Positions 1 through 12,669 of a stretch of 64,000 bases of DNA are shown here, piece after piece. Below the pieces are notes generated by a model. That model saw nothing but the letters and a program-made list of their open reading frames with translations, ran no database searches and was not told the origin of the DNA. Position 1 is the stretch's first letter; each line of letters opens with the position of its first letter. Source of the stretch: the human T2T-CHM13v2.0 reference genome, Homo sapiens; assembly GCF_009914755.1 (NCBI RefSeq), contig NC_060929.1. One strand, given 5' to 3'. The position numbers and the translations under genes are program-made.

Positions 1-704
1 CATAAGAATCGATGTCCCTTTTAAGCACTTATAATAATATAACTGGCAAAAGCAATTCTTTTATCTGTAAGCATAAAATTTCTCTGTAATTTTATTCTAT
101 GTAATTTTTTCAAGTATCTGGAAGTTCCAATTTTACTTTTGGAGATAATATACTCCTAGATCCTTAATGTCACATAACTGGTAGGGAGAACAAAAATTTA
201 ATTATGCATGTCTCTAGTGATACTTTGCTACCACAAATATCACTAAGCATTCCATTGAATCTCAATATATTGCATTTCTTTTTTTCATTCCCAAATATAT
301 GTTCTCTAATGTGATCTACATTTTATTCTAATTGTATCTGTTGATCTCAAAATCTTTGAAGAGCCAGATTATTTCATTGACTAAACTTCCACCAACAAAG
401 ACACAAATGATTAAGTCTCAGAAGGGAGTATTGGCCTAGAATTATTGTGAGGTTGTTAAGCATACCAACTCTGGGAAAATTCAAATGAGAAAACCCACCG
501 ACAAATACGTTATTTGCTTCTTTGTTTCAAATCCTTACTGAACTTGCTTAGAATTATAGAATACTTCTTCTCTCAAGAGAAGACACACAGGGATCATGTT
601 TTACTTCATTTTACTGACTCATTCTACACTCTGCCTCCACCAGCTGACCAGTAAAAACATAAATTCCAGTTTGCTATCATTGGGACTCATTTCCAGACAA
701 TGAC

Positions 705-877
705 TGAGAAGTTTCAACCATGGCTTTACATTAGAATCACATGGGGAACTTTAAAAATACATCAGATCTTTTGCCTTAACCTGAATAATTATATAAGTTT
801 TGGGAGGAGAGGTGCTATTTAGAATTGGGTTGTATGTTTGTTTGTTTTAAGGTGCTGTGGAGTGTGAGAACCATTGT
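705..877. mobile_element. MER5A-type hAT-Charlie MITE, degraded
   Basis: 'ttagaatcacatggggaactttaaaaatac' and terminal 'tgagaaccattg' resemble the MER5A/MER5A1 consensus. Confidence 0.5.
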
Positions 878-1159
878 AAAACAAGTAAATCCTGTTTTAC
901 TTAAGGATCTCTCTTCTCTAACATGCCATTAAAACTGAATGCTTCTTTCCTTTCATTGCTGTTTACCTCTCCAATTAATAAGCAAGATTCTAGGATCATT
1001 TATATTATCTCATACTATCTTCTTCATAATAAGCTATAATGCTATTCTACTTTCCCTAGTTACTATCCAAATTCTTCTGCTCTAAATTCTGAGATTCCTA
1101 GTCTGTAAGCAGTAAACTTCCCTCTGCCTTCAAGCCCTTTAAATATTTTTTGCTTTAAA

Positions 1160-1499
1160 GAAACATGGCTGCTCCATGTCGACACCATATGGCCCATTGT
1201 TATACTTTATTTGCTGTGAAGTGAGTTCCTTAATGAGAGCATAGCTGTGTGAGATAATATTATAATGGTTGAAAAGGCATTTTGTGAATCCACAAATGGT
1301 AATTCTGGTAGAAGCACTGCATGCAGGGAAGGAAATCCATATAGAGACTAAGTATCCATTACAGTAAGAACCAAGTGCTGCCCCTTCCATGAGGAGACCA
1401 GTCCAATGTAATCAACCTACCACCAGCTAACTGACGCATCACCCTAGTGCCATATTTGGGACTCAGTGTTGGTCTCTACTGATGACAGATGGGCATTTT
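1160..1499 (-). pseudogene. ERV-L (HERV-L/ERVL-like) pol integrase fragment, disrupted
   Basis: Minus strand reads SWW*VDYIGLVSSWKGQHLVLTVMDT*SLYGF, then frameshifts to FPACSASTRITICGFTKCL; matches ERV-L integrase WWQVDYIGPLPSWKGQRFVLTGIDTYSGYGFAFPA... Confidence 0.85.
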
Positions 1500-1795
1500 C
1501 AGATTTTGTTATGTTTGAATGTATATAATGAGATATCTGGGAGATGGGGCCCAAGTCTAAAGATGAAATTCATTTGTGTTTCATATATGCGTTATACACA
1601 GAGCCTGAAGGTAATTTTATACAATATTTTCAACACTGTGTCCATAAAACAGTTTTTGCTGCATTTTGACTGTGACCCATCACATGAGGTGAGGTTTAGA
1701 ATTTTCCACTTGTGGTAAAATGTCAGCTCTCAACAATTTCAGATTTGGGAGCATTTTGGATTTTGGATTTTTGAATTAGGGATGGCCAAGCTATA
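1500..1795 (+). mobile_element. Tigger4b/MER46B-like (Zombi) TcMar-Tigger element, left end missing
   Basis: 'gagatggggcccaagtctaaa...gagcctgaaggtaattttatacaata' and right TIR 'ttttggatttttgaattagggatg'. Confidence 0.75.
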
Positions 1796-2824
1796 TTATA
1801 AACCAGTTTTATTTTAATTTCTTTGATTATTATTGTATATGTAATTATATGTATGTTTACTTCATGTCTTGCCAGGTTATACCTATATAAGAAAATTAGT
1901 TTTCTTAATTCATTATAATTATTAACTTTCTTATATTAGAATTTAATAGATTTGATGATAGTAATTTTCTTAGATTTTAATTTTGTTACTTTTCATTCTG
2001 CAAAAAATGAAAGTTTTTATTTTAAGCTGACTTTTTTGATATGTGTGTTTCATCTAATTGCATCAAGAGTAAGGATATTATCTAGTTGCTAGCCTTTTAC
2101 TAATACGATAATTATTCCATTTTTCATGATTAACTTGTTAGTCCACTTGGACCCTCTTATATCTTGTTATGTTTTATAACTATGCACTTCATGATAGAAT
2201 TGATGATGTATATGTAGACTTTTCCAGATTGAGGTACTTTATGTGAAATCATGCAAAATATTTCCTCACTCTATGTGGGCATTTGGTGTACTTTTTCTTT
2301 TTCATCTATCATTTTGAGCTATTTATTCATGCTTGCTCTTTTTTTGCATGGATTTAATTATATTTGCTTCAAATTATGATGCTTGCTATGGCTACAGCAT
2401 TCTCTTTCTGCCATGCTTAAGTGGTCCTGTTTCTGAGTATTTTCACCAATTCAACAAATTTCTGGGCCTAATCAAATGGGCAAAAGCCTTAAAAAAATGA
2501 AACAGTCCATTTTACTTTGCCTTCCTTTGTTGCTTTTGTAGGAAGTTTGTGAATTCATTAGTCATCTGAGTGTTGGCTGCTAACAGAAATTTGTGTTCTC
2601 TTGGCCTGGTGAGGTAAAATACAGCTAACCAGGTTGAAAATGGTGGAAGGAAAAAGTGCTATAAAAATCTGAACAGGATAAGCTCACATTTGAATGAGAA
2701 ACCAGAATATCTACATACAAATTTAGACAGCTTTAAGAAACATAATTTTCAACTGTTTCAAATTTACCTCAGAGCTTGAGAAATTAGACTGTATTCAGAT
2801 TAAAAATATTTGCTCCTTGGAATC

Positions 2825-3400
2825 ACTGTAAAGAAAATCAAAAGGCAAGCCACAAAAGAGGAGAAAATATTTAAAATGTTAAATCTGATAAAGGGCTTGC
2901 ATCCAGAAGATGTAGTCTTCTTATGGCTAAATAGGAAGAAGGCAAACATTTGAAAATGGGCAAACCATTTAGCAGATACTTCACAAAAGAATATAAATGT
3001 CCAATGAGCATGTGAAAAAATACTCAACAGCATTAGTCATCAGAATTACAGATTAAAAAGCCCAATGAGGTACTGTTCCGTATACATAAGAATGGAGGAA
3101 AGTAAAGAGGCTAATACAAAATCTTTATGAGGACTTGGAGCAACTGGGAATCTCATACCTTGTTAGTAGAAAGTAAAATGGTATAATAATTTTAGCAAGC
3201 TATTTAGCAGTAACCTAAAATGTTAAATGTATACCTACCTTAAGGTACAACCATTTGCCTCCCGGAGATGTATCAAAGATAATAAAAACATATGTCAGTG
3301 CAACAATGTGTACATAAATGTACATAGCTGTTGTAACCAAAATAGCTCAAAACTGGAAACAAACCAAATATACACTATTAAATAACTTAAATAGTTGAAA
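2825..3400 (+). mobile_element. Old L1M ORF2 3' region fragment
   Basis: 'aaaaggcaagccaca...aaaatgggcaaa...tactcaacagcattagtcatcag' is typical L1M ORF2 C-terminal sequence, heavily degraded. Confidence 0.75.
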
Positions 3401-4999
3401 TGTATTGTATTTCAATAAAGTTGATTTAAAAATCCTGGAATGTCTTCTTGTTTATTTTGTGTTAAAGTTAAGTGAGAGGCAAACGCTATTCATGGAATGT
3501 TGAAAAAGTAGGAAAAAAGGTGAATATTAGTTTTTCCCTTTCTCCTTTTAAATATTTAAATATTATAATACAAGACACATATCTAATAGTTTTCTGCATA
3601 TATTCAGACCACATGAATGTCAAAATAGGTGAAAATGTTTTAAAATACATTTGGCTCACCATATGATTTGGTACATGGAATTAGTTTAATCATATATCTC
3701 AACATATGATTATGCAAGGAGCTATATGAACTCAATTCATATTTGAGATTATATTCGTGTCCAAGCTACAAAGAGCTGAAATGACTGAAATGTCAATTTC
3801 CCTGTGTCTAAATAACTTCTTTTTATGCACAGTACGATACCTATTAAGTCTTTTTCCTAAAGGAAGTTATATTTTGGCACAACAATTTCCTGCTGCTTTT
3901 TCATATGGTTCAGTTTCCTGTACCATTATATTTGAAACTTCATCATTACTGTTGCAGAACATGAACTCATGATATGTGATGATGCTTTGAGGTAGAAACA
4001 CTGCAAATGAGAGTTGAAAGTCATAATACTTCCTTATCCTTGTCTTCAGTTTGGGGAATGAACATATTTTCTCTCTTTTCCCCTCCATTTGTATGTAGTT
4101 ATAAAAGACCTCTGTGTTTTGGGCTTGGATCTTTCCGTTTTTCCCAAGAATTAGTAATTGTAAATACTATATTTTCGTATCTGTTTCACTGCCAAGGCTT
4201 CTCTCTGTTGTAAAAATTCAGTTTTAAATTTTAGGTTGTATACAGCATTTTTTTCATAGGCAATAGAGTTAAATAACAAAAGAATTTTACATGACAGATA
4301 GTCTGCAATTTCTTCATAGCTTTCCTGAGAGGAAGAAGAATTTTCATAAAGATAGAAATACTAGGGAAAATTTCAATAAAGGCCATATCAGAAAATAAAA
4401 TAGAAATCTATAATAAATCACCTTCACTACTCCATTGCCAAACAATGTCTTGCCTAAAACTGGAAGGAATATTACCAGAGTACTCCAGTGTATAATAACT
4501 TCGGTATTTTTTTCTTCATATATAGCACTAAAATCTGCTAGTGTTTGACGTTGCACTCTACATTTTTCCATTTGTATAAGATAATGTAGTCTGAGTTTTT
4601 AAAAAGTCAAATAAGCAAGATTTTATTTTTCTTGTACTTACCAAATTAGAACAAATAATAAATTCAACAAATTTGTTATTTGTTGAATAATAAAATTATT
4701 AGCTATTTGACTGGTATTAAAACAACTTTCACAAGAGAATTATTTTCTTTATAAGCTTCCATGTATTGAATAGGTAGAAGTACAATGTTCTCATCTTGTA
4801 GCTTTTGGAATACCTAATATATACTGATTACTTTCTATAGAATATACATAATGTTAAATAACAATACTACCTGAAGTTTTTATAATCTAATTACAGCGAA
4901 TCAGTTTTTATAAGCTAAAGAAATTAAATCTGACACATGTGAAGGACATTTAGACTGAATTATCAATTACAATATTATCATATAAATTAATTCTGAATC

Positions 5000-5155
5000 A
5001 GATAATTCTACATTGCTATTACTAAAGTCATTTACAAATATAGAGTTGAAGCTTAAAGAGACTAATTAACTCATATAAAAATATGGAGCTTTTAAGTGGC
5101 AGGCTAGAATTGAAATGCTGGTCTATACGACCCCAGGACTCAGAACCTTTTGACT
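5000..5155 (-). mobile_element. MIR fragment
   Basis: Antisense core-like 'tttacaaatatagagttgaagcttaaagag...taagtggcaggctagaattgaa'. Confidence 0.5.
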
Positions 5156-6029
5156 GCTAATTTTATATCATCCACTTTACTTGTCTTTTGAAACCAGTAA
5201 CCTTTCCAGACTTAAATGGCTTCCCAAGAAGTCTTCTGGCTGTCTACATCACTGAATGAAGTGCTTCTGGAGATTTTCTGTTCAGATTTCAAGACAGCAA
5301 AAGGACAAGGGCATGACTATGTGCTCTCCTTCAGGGGGAGAATATCAGTGATGGCTTTGATGCTAATCCTCATTTTCTCTGATTCCCTTACTCCATGGAC
5401 TTAGCTCCAAATTCCTCTTTATATAAAGTCATCTCTACAAAATGTGGAAATAATCTTGCTTACATCCTCTTCACTTGACAGTGGTTGTGACCTACAACTA
5501 AATGCAACTTATTAAGAGTACTGCTATGTATAAAGTATAAATTAGAACATGAAAGGCCTTTTGTTACATAAATAATTTCTGCCATTGTTGTCCTTAAAAC
5601 TAATGTTTCAAGGTGACTGTAACTCATCACTGCACAAAGCTGTGACATCAGGACATTAAGAATAAAGGAGTATAGTACTGAATTTTTCACTTCAGTATTC
5701 AGGAGACAGTGAAGTTATTTTAGCCAAATATCCAAATACTATGAACATCTTATTGGAGTCAAAATTGCTTTCTTTATTTTTAAGAGGTTATTTTCAATAT
5801 GTGTTTATGTATGTTAATTCCACTAGCTTTATGATACCTGGCGTGCATGGCTGAATTGCAGCCGGTCATGTCTACATCTTACCATGCATATTTCTATTAC
5901 ATCTCTGCTCACAGAGGGATTGATTTTTTTCTTCCTCTTTACCATCGTGTGTTTTATCTTTCAGTTCATGGACTACCCTGGCATTTTAAACAATGTGACA
6001 ATGACAACAGTAACAACAACAAAATAACC

Positions 6030-6245
6030 ACATCACTATTTATTAGAATTGATGTTAAATGCTTTAAATGTATTACTTTACATGGTCCTCAAAGCTGTCT
6101 CACTATTTCCATTTTAAAAATAAACTAACCAAGATTTTGAGAGGTGAAAGTCCCAGAACAATGTTACATCAAGAGGAACAGTTAGAGCAGGGAATGCAAA
6201 TGAAGTTCATGTGCAAGGCCCCAATAACCTTTCAGCTACTGAGGC
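6030..6245 (-). mobile_element. MIR fragment
   Basis: Degraded antisense MIR layout ('gttaaatgctttaaatgtatta...ccattttaaaaa...gagaggtgaa'). Confidence 0.45.
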
Positions 6246-6399
6246 TTCATTGCCTCAGTGATCCACTGAAGCAGTATTCCCCACCTTCTCCCCTTCAATT
6301 ACTTAGACGAGATCAGTCTAATGATCTCGATTCTTATTTTGCAATACAGTCTGTCCAAATACATGTCTGAAATTCTGTTAACAAGAGACCATATAATTT

Positions 6400-6630
6400 A
6401 GCATACAGAGTATGGGTCCACTCAGGAGCAGACGAACCTGGGGTGGAGACCCATCTCCCTTACTGATGATTCACTACAGGTAATGTAATTGGGTTGTTTA
6501 TAATCTAGTTTCCTGATTTGTAAAAGGGAATCATAATAGTTTAATCTAACTCTGGGTTTGAACATTAACTAGGGTAAAGCAAACAAAATTTGAGACTACT
6601 GCCTGGGGACCAGTAGGATGTGTATCACTA
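6400..6630 (+). mobile_element. MIR
   Basis: 'gcagacgaacctgggg...agtttcctgatttgtaaaagggaatcataatag...gcctggggaccagtagg'. Confidence 0.55.
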
Positions 6631-6884
6631 TTTTCTATTTCCTTCCACTTCATCTTTACTTATCTTCTATACATGTCTCTTACTTTCTTCCAAAGGCCCC
6701 ACTTCCTGGCCCTCAGACGCTTGACCCTGGAGCTAATGAAATTAGAATATCCTAAGTAGACATTGAGATATTTAGATTATCTGCATGGATACTGGACATA
6801 TATTCCCTTAAGCAGTCAAACTAGTGTGTGTGAGTTGTTGTTTGAAGGAATATTGGTTTATTGCATTAACTTTTATTTGACCTA

Positions 6885-7125
6885 TAATAATACCTATCAT
6901 TTCTGGAGTATTTGCAATTTGCCAGGCTTTGTGCTGAGTGCTTATTCTTCATTATTTGCTATTATCCTACCAAAAACTTTAGCAGGCAAGTAAATTTATT
7001 TTTCCCAACTTTCAGATGAAGAAACAAGTTTAGAATGGTAAAGTAATTTTTCCAAGATCTCATAAGACTTACTCTAGCCTAGAGTCCAACTGATGCCCTC
7101 TGAGCCTTCATTTCCAACCACAACA
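6885..7125 (-). mobile_element. MIR
   Basis: 'gccaggctttgtgctgagtgctt...ttcagatgaagaaac...aagtaatttttccaagatctcata'. Confidence 0.65.
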
Positions 7126-8276
7126 AAATACACCAGCCCAACCTTTTCACTTAAATGGCATGTTCTACAGAAATTCGAAATTATTTTCTGGAGTTGGCTC
7201 TATTTGATGTTTGATTTTATACTTAAAATTTTATCATTCAAATATTCTGTCAGTGTAGCTAGCAAGAACACCTATGTTTATTCAATAGGCTTGGTTGAAC
7301 GCTTCTGATACAGAGAAGATCATTTTACTGATAAGAAGAGTAGTAGGGTTGAGACTTCCAGGTATTCATCAATGTCTCCTGACCTCTAAAGGAGGTGTAG
7401 CTAATTAAATCAATCATGTTTGAAACAGTGTTCAATTTGCTTAGCATAATTTAGAACTAGCCCATTTTGATAGCAAGATGAGCCATAGCTAGATCAATTT
7501 TGAAACAGTATTCTCCCACTTGGCTAGTTGTAACTATTTGTTTAAATGAAGAAAAAATAAGTATATGATGTTTATTTCTTGAATTAATGTAAGTTAATAT
7601 AGATGTGGCTAACTAAAAATTATTAAAGAGACAATGCATTCTGTTCATATGTTACTTGACATTTATATGGCTTAGATAAGTGCACTGACATTGCTGTTTC
7701 AATGCTTTTTCCAATGTGACAGATATATTTCCAAAACTGAATTCTTAATATTAATGAGGTAACTTTAATAAACATTTTAAAAATTCCAAATGTTCTCTTC
7801 CTTTCCGGAGAGCTAGTAATTATTGTATCTTATTTAAATGAAAGTTACATGTCTGACAGCATCTCCTATATAAAACAGAGTTAACTCCACTGAAACTATA
7901 GGTCACCTACAGACATTCATTATTGTGTGTGAAAGCTAAAGATAAGATAATTCATTTAAAGGTGTATTTTTGTAAAAGCGCCCAAGTGAGATGCCTACAA
8001 ATTAAATATTTGGCAAAATTCCTTAGATAAATGGAAAAGGTCATTCTGAAAATTTGGTCTGGTGGATTTTAACAGCTGCACTATAAACTGTAATTGCAAT
8101 TTAAACAACCTCCAATATCACCCTGGAAAGATCATAACCTGCTTAACCAGCCACCCCTCAGTGCTTGAAGGGACAGCTTTAATTTTATAAGCTTCTGGAG
8201 AAACTTCCTCATTTATTGCTTGACTCCATGGTCGTTGTTACATGTAACTGACTCAAAAGTTAAATAAGATCTATGG

Positions 8277-8659
8277 TGATATGGTTTGGATTCGTGTCCC
8301 TGCCCAAATCTCAAGTTAAATTGTAATTCTCCATGTTGAAGAAGGGGCCTGGTGGGAGGTGACTGAATCATAGAAGTGGATTTCCCCCTTGGTGTTTTCA
8401 TGATACGGAGTTAGTTCTCTCCAGATCTGGTTGTTTAAAAGCATGTAGCACCTCCTCCTCCTCTCTTTTCCTTCTTCTCTAGCCATGTAAGATGGGCCTG
8501 CTTCCCCTTCACCTTCTGCCATGATTGTAAGTTTCCTGAGGCCTCCCCAGCCATGCTTCCTATATAGCCTGGGGAACTGAGGTCAATTAAACTTCTTTTC
8601 TTCATAAATTACCCAGTCTCAGGTAGTTCTTTATAGCAATACAAAAATAAGCTAATACA
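8277..8659 (+). mobile_element. MSTA-like MaLR solo LTR
   Basis: Starts 'tgatatggtttgg', ends 'ctaataca', contains 'aaattacccagtctcaggtagttctttatagca'. Confidence 0.9.
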
Positions 8660-8780
8660 CACAGTCTGTGAGAGCAAAACAAAACAAAACAAAACAAAAC
8701 CAACCCTCAACACTGAATTCCTAATGTATCAACAGAGCAAATGTAATTAACATACTTAAACATTAACAAGTTAAATTTTG

Positions 8781-9079
<299 letters not shown>

Positions 9080-10299
9080 GACTTAAATTTTTCACATGAA
9101 TATTCTATGGTTGTTTTTTAGAAAACTCTGAAGATAGCGTGTATTTTCAGAATCTATTTTGTCCACAAAAAAATAGTATATATTTTATTATAGTTTTAAC
9201 ATTATGACTTTTAGAAAAATTAGGTTTATAATATTGTGTTTCTTTTTCATCGGGAAATTCAAAAGCAAAGGCATTGTTTTAGAAAGGACATGAGGTCCTA
9301 AACATAATAAATCATACTCAAAAGTATAAAAGCTAAAATATACACAACTGTTGATTTTTAAAACATAGCATTAATAATAGTTCAAATCTGTCAAAAGAAA
9401 AGTCATAGAATTATAGAAATTTTTAAATAGCAATTTGATTCTTTTGTGAAATAGGAAAATATAGAGCTAGTGTCCATTATGCCCTTATTTTACAATTTGG
9501 CTAATTTCAAAATTTTAAATTAGCTTTAATTACATCATTATGGTCTCTTTCCCTCCTTTTGATTTTATTTATGGTCATTTTCCTTTTTTCAAAAAACTTC
9601 AACATAGATATCAGACTGTGTACCTGTTGAAAGAGATTTTGGTTTTTAACAAAAATACTGTGGCCATTTAACATATTGAGTTTTTCTACATTTTGAGCTA
9701 TGGTATATCTATCTGTATTACAGTAAATATAATCATAGTGTGGAACACACTCCTAAAATCAAGAAAATGTGAATACAATGGATACCAAAGCAATTCAGTG
9801 AAAGAATTTTCTGTCATAAAAAATAAATGATAAGAAATCAATTTACTCTAAATAGATGTTTTTGAACCTGATATTGGAATATGATATGAAGTCACCTTAG
9901 TCAGTGATGAAATTATATTTTAAATGGATGCTACATATCATGCATCTAATGCTCAAGGAAACAGTGTTTTTCCCCTAATTTGAAATTTCTATCTTCAAAG
10001 TTAAATAATGGCATGAATATTTTCTTAGACCCTCTTTTATCATCTTAATGTTTTCTTTAGATTAGTATAGACAAATGAGTAAAATTTTATAAAAGACACT
10101 GAAAATGTTTTCTGCAATGGCATATACATTCAATAGTTATTTGGTGAGAGCATAGTAAAGCCTTAGTATGTTTTCCTTTAAAAATGCCAAACAGGGACAT
10201 GTTTCATAATAATAATGACTGAATTTGACTATAACAGTCTGTATGGCTTTTTTTCATTTATTTACTCCTGTAAAAATAATAAATTTAAAAAAACTAACC

Positions 10300-10520
10300 T
10301 TTGTGCTAAACTTTAGTGTGTTTAAGTGCTTTCAAATATACTATCAATTTATTTACATTATAATAATACTTTCACTGAAATTCTTATCTTGGTTTAATGG
10401 ATGAGAAAACTAAGGCTCAAAAACTTTTAAGGGTCATCAAATTTTTATCCAAATATTAGAAAAATAATTCTGAAACTCAAATCCTGACTGTTCAGCCTCA
10501 TTCTTTGGTCTATTTCATTA
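10300..10520 (-). mobile_element. MIR
   Basis: 'tttaatggatgagaaaactaaggctca' antisense core. Confidence 0.55.
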
Positions 10521-11834
10521 TGCCACCTAAAACATATTTTTAAGAGATGCTAAGTCAATTTATTATTGTCTTTGATAACATCTTTTTAGATAACAGGTAA
10601 AATAATAAATGGAGTATAAATTAGAGGTAGTACTGTATATGAAAGAATAATTTGGATAATTAAAGTTAATAGATGTGACAGGCAAAAATAAACACAGGCA
10701 CATACAATTTCAATAGCACCACTCAGGAACACATTGTCAGTCTGAAAAAAGTTGCATATGTGTGCCACTTTTAAAATCACAGCACTCCATACAATCAATT
10801 CATAGCAATCTCAAATCCCATGGATACAATTATTCCTTAAAGGAAGAAACAGTTTTAGTTTAAGAAAGCAGAAAAAAATAACTGACAGAAAGATGAAGAA
10901 AAACACCCAAATGTTTTTCACAACCCAAAGATCTCAGTTTGTGAAGGGATTTAACTTGAAGCTTGGTGCTGACCCTCTGATGCACTCTGAAGGGATAAGC
11001 CAAACCCTTAGAGATGTTACATTTTTGACATTTCATTAGCCACAGATCTTTCCTTTCTTTTCAGTAGAGCCAAGTGAAAGTAACAGATCCCATGACTCGC
11101 TTCTAAATAAGTCAGAGGTGGCACAGATGCTCTAGCCAATATCTCCTTTGTCAGTAACACAACTTCTAATTAGATATGACCTAACAATTTCTTACGGGAT
11201 ATAGAAAAGATTGATCTATGTAATTTTTTTCCAGAATTAGATGAACATAAAAGGTTTTATAAGTTCATTTCAGGACAAGTAAATGAACATATTCAGCTTC
11301 TCTATTCTCCTTATCTCTGCCTACTGCAGCTTTGTCAGAGGCTTACCTGGTGGCACCACGGAATGTTCCTTAAGGATCTACGAGCTTTTAGATACTCAGT
11401 GAAATAGTCTGTTGAATTCATTTTGAGTTTCATAGAATGGACAGTTGTTTTTCTTAGGTATTCATCAGTGAGTATGCAAAACAGGACTTCTCAGAGAATA
11501 AGAGCTTGGCTGGGCTACTTCCAAATATTAATGCTTCCTAGTAATTTGAATGAACATGAAGAAGTGTGAAAATACGGCTACAGATATTTAAATATTTTAC
11601 ATTTAACTAATTCAATCATAAGACACACAAAACACAGTGATTTCAAATTTAATTAGGTCACATTTGAGGTCATTCTTAAATGTAAGACTCAGGCCAATGC
11701 CTCTTCTGGTCTCTCCATAATTAGCCAGATACAAAACTGCTAAAATACTCAGAAATGTAGAAAGACACAAAGTAGCTACCACCCCCCCAAAAAAAAACCA
11801 TGAAATCTTTAAAAGAATAATTAATTAAATTCAG

Positions 11835-12030
11835 GTAGTATAGCTAGAATTTAAGATCAGCAGCTCTGCAGCCAGAGTGCCTGGGGTGGACCTTGGCTTT
11901 GTTACTTACTAGCTGTGTGAACATGTGTTTCTGTTTTCTCCTTTGTATAAATTGGATAATAATATTACTTATCTTATGAGGTTGTAGTAAGCATAAGTGA
12001 TTTAATATTTGTAAATAGATTAGGAGACTT
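11835..12030 (+). mobile_element. MIR
   Basis: 'gctctgcagccagagtgcctgggg...acttactagctgtgtga'. Confidence 0.75.
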
Positions 12031-12094
12031 CATTGGCAGATTCACATATATGCTTTTGTTTTAAATAAATAAAACAGAAAAAGAAAGCATAGTA

Positions 12095-12525
12095 TATTGT
12101 GTTAGCCTCTAAAACAAACAACCCTCAAATCTCAGCAAATCAAATGAATGGAATTTTATTTATCACAATCCTGTTTGAGTTTGGAGGCTCCACTGAGAAA
12201 TTCTATTTAAAGTACTTAAACAGGGACCCAGAATTTTTCAATCCTGTGGCTCTCATCCTGATGTGTCCTCCAGGTATTCTCTGTACTCAGCTGTCTGACA
12301 GATGAATTAAGAGAATGTGTGGAGGCTCAGTTAGGATGCTTTATGAAAAATATGAATTTATACATAATTTCCAAGCATATCCCATTGGCCAGATCTCAAT
12401 GATATGGCCCAGACTAAGTAAAACAAACACTAAGAATTGTAATCTTTCCATATGTAGTCCTTCTGTTGAGCCAAAAGGAAAGAGCTGAGGGCCCCAAGCA
12501 AGTTCGAAACACAGCAGAACAGTCA
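12095..12525 (-). mobile_element. Old MLT1 (J/K/L-like) LTR
   Basis: 'aacaaacaaccctcaaatctcag' and 'cccattggccagatctcaatgatatggccc' are antisense MLT1 hallmarks. Confidence 0.55.
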
Positions 12526-12669
12526 TTACATATTAAGGCTCCAAAATAATTGATGGCAAGGAAATAAGGTTAATTTGCATCAGATGAAAATAAAAATACA
12601 TAATTGTCACACTAAGATTATAGCTAATCCAGAAGAGTATTAAAACACATAGAGCACATAAAGAGTCTC

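Noticed and set aside
2542-2608. Exon-like unit (ttttgtag|G ... CTG|gtgagg)
   Set aside because: Stops in all three frames and no linked exon; cannot be told from a pseudo-exon.
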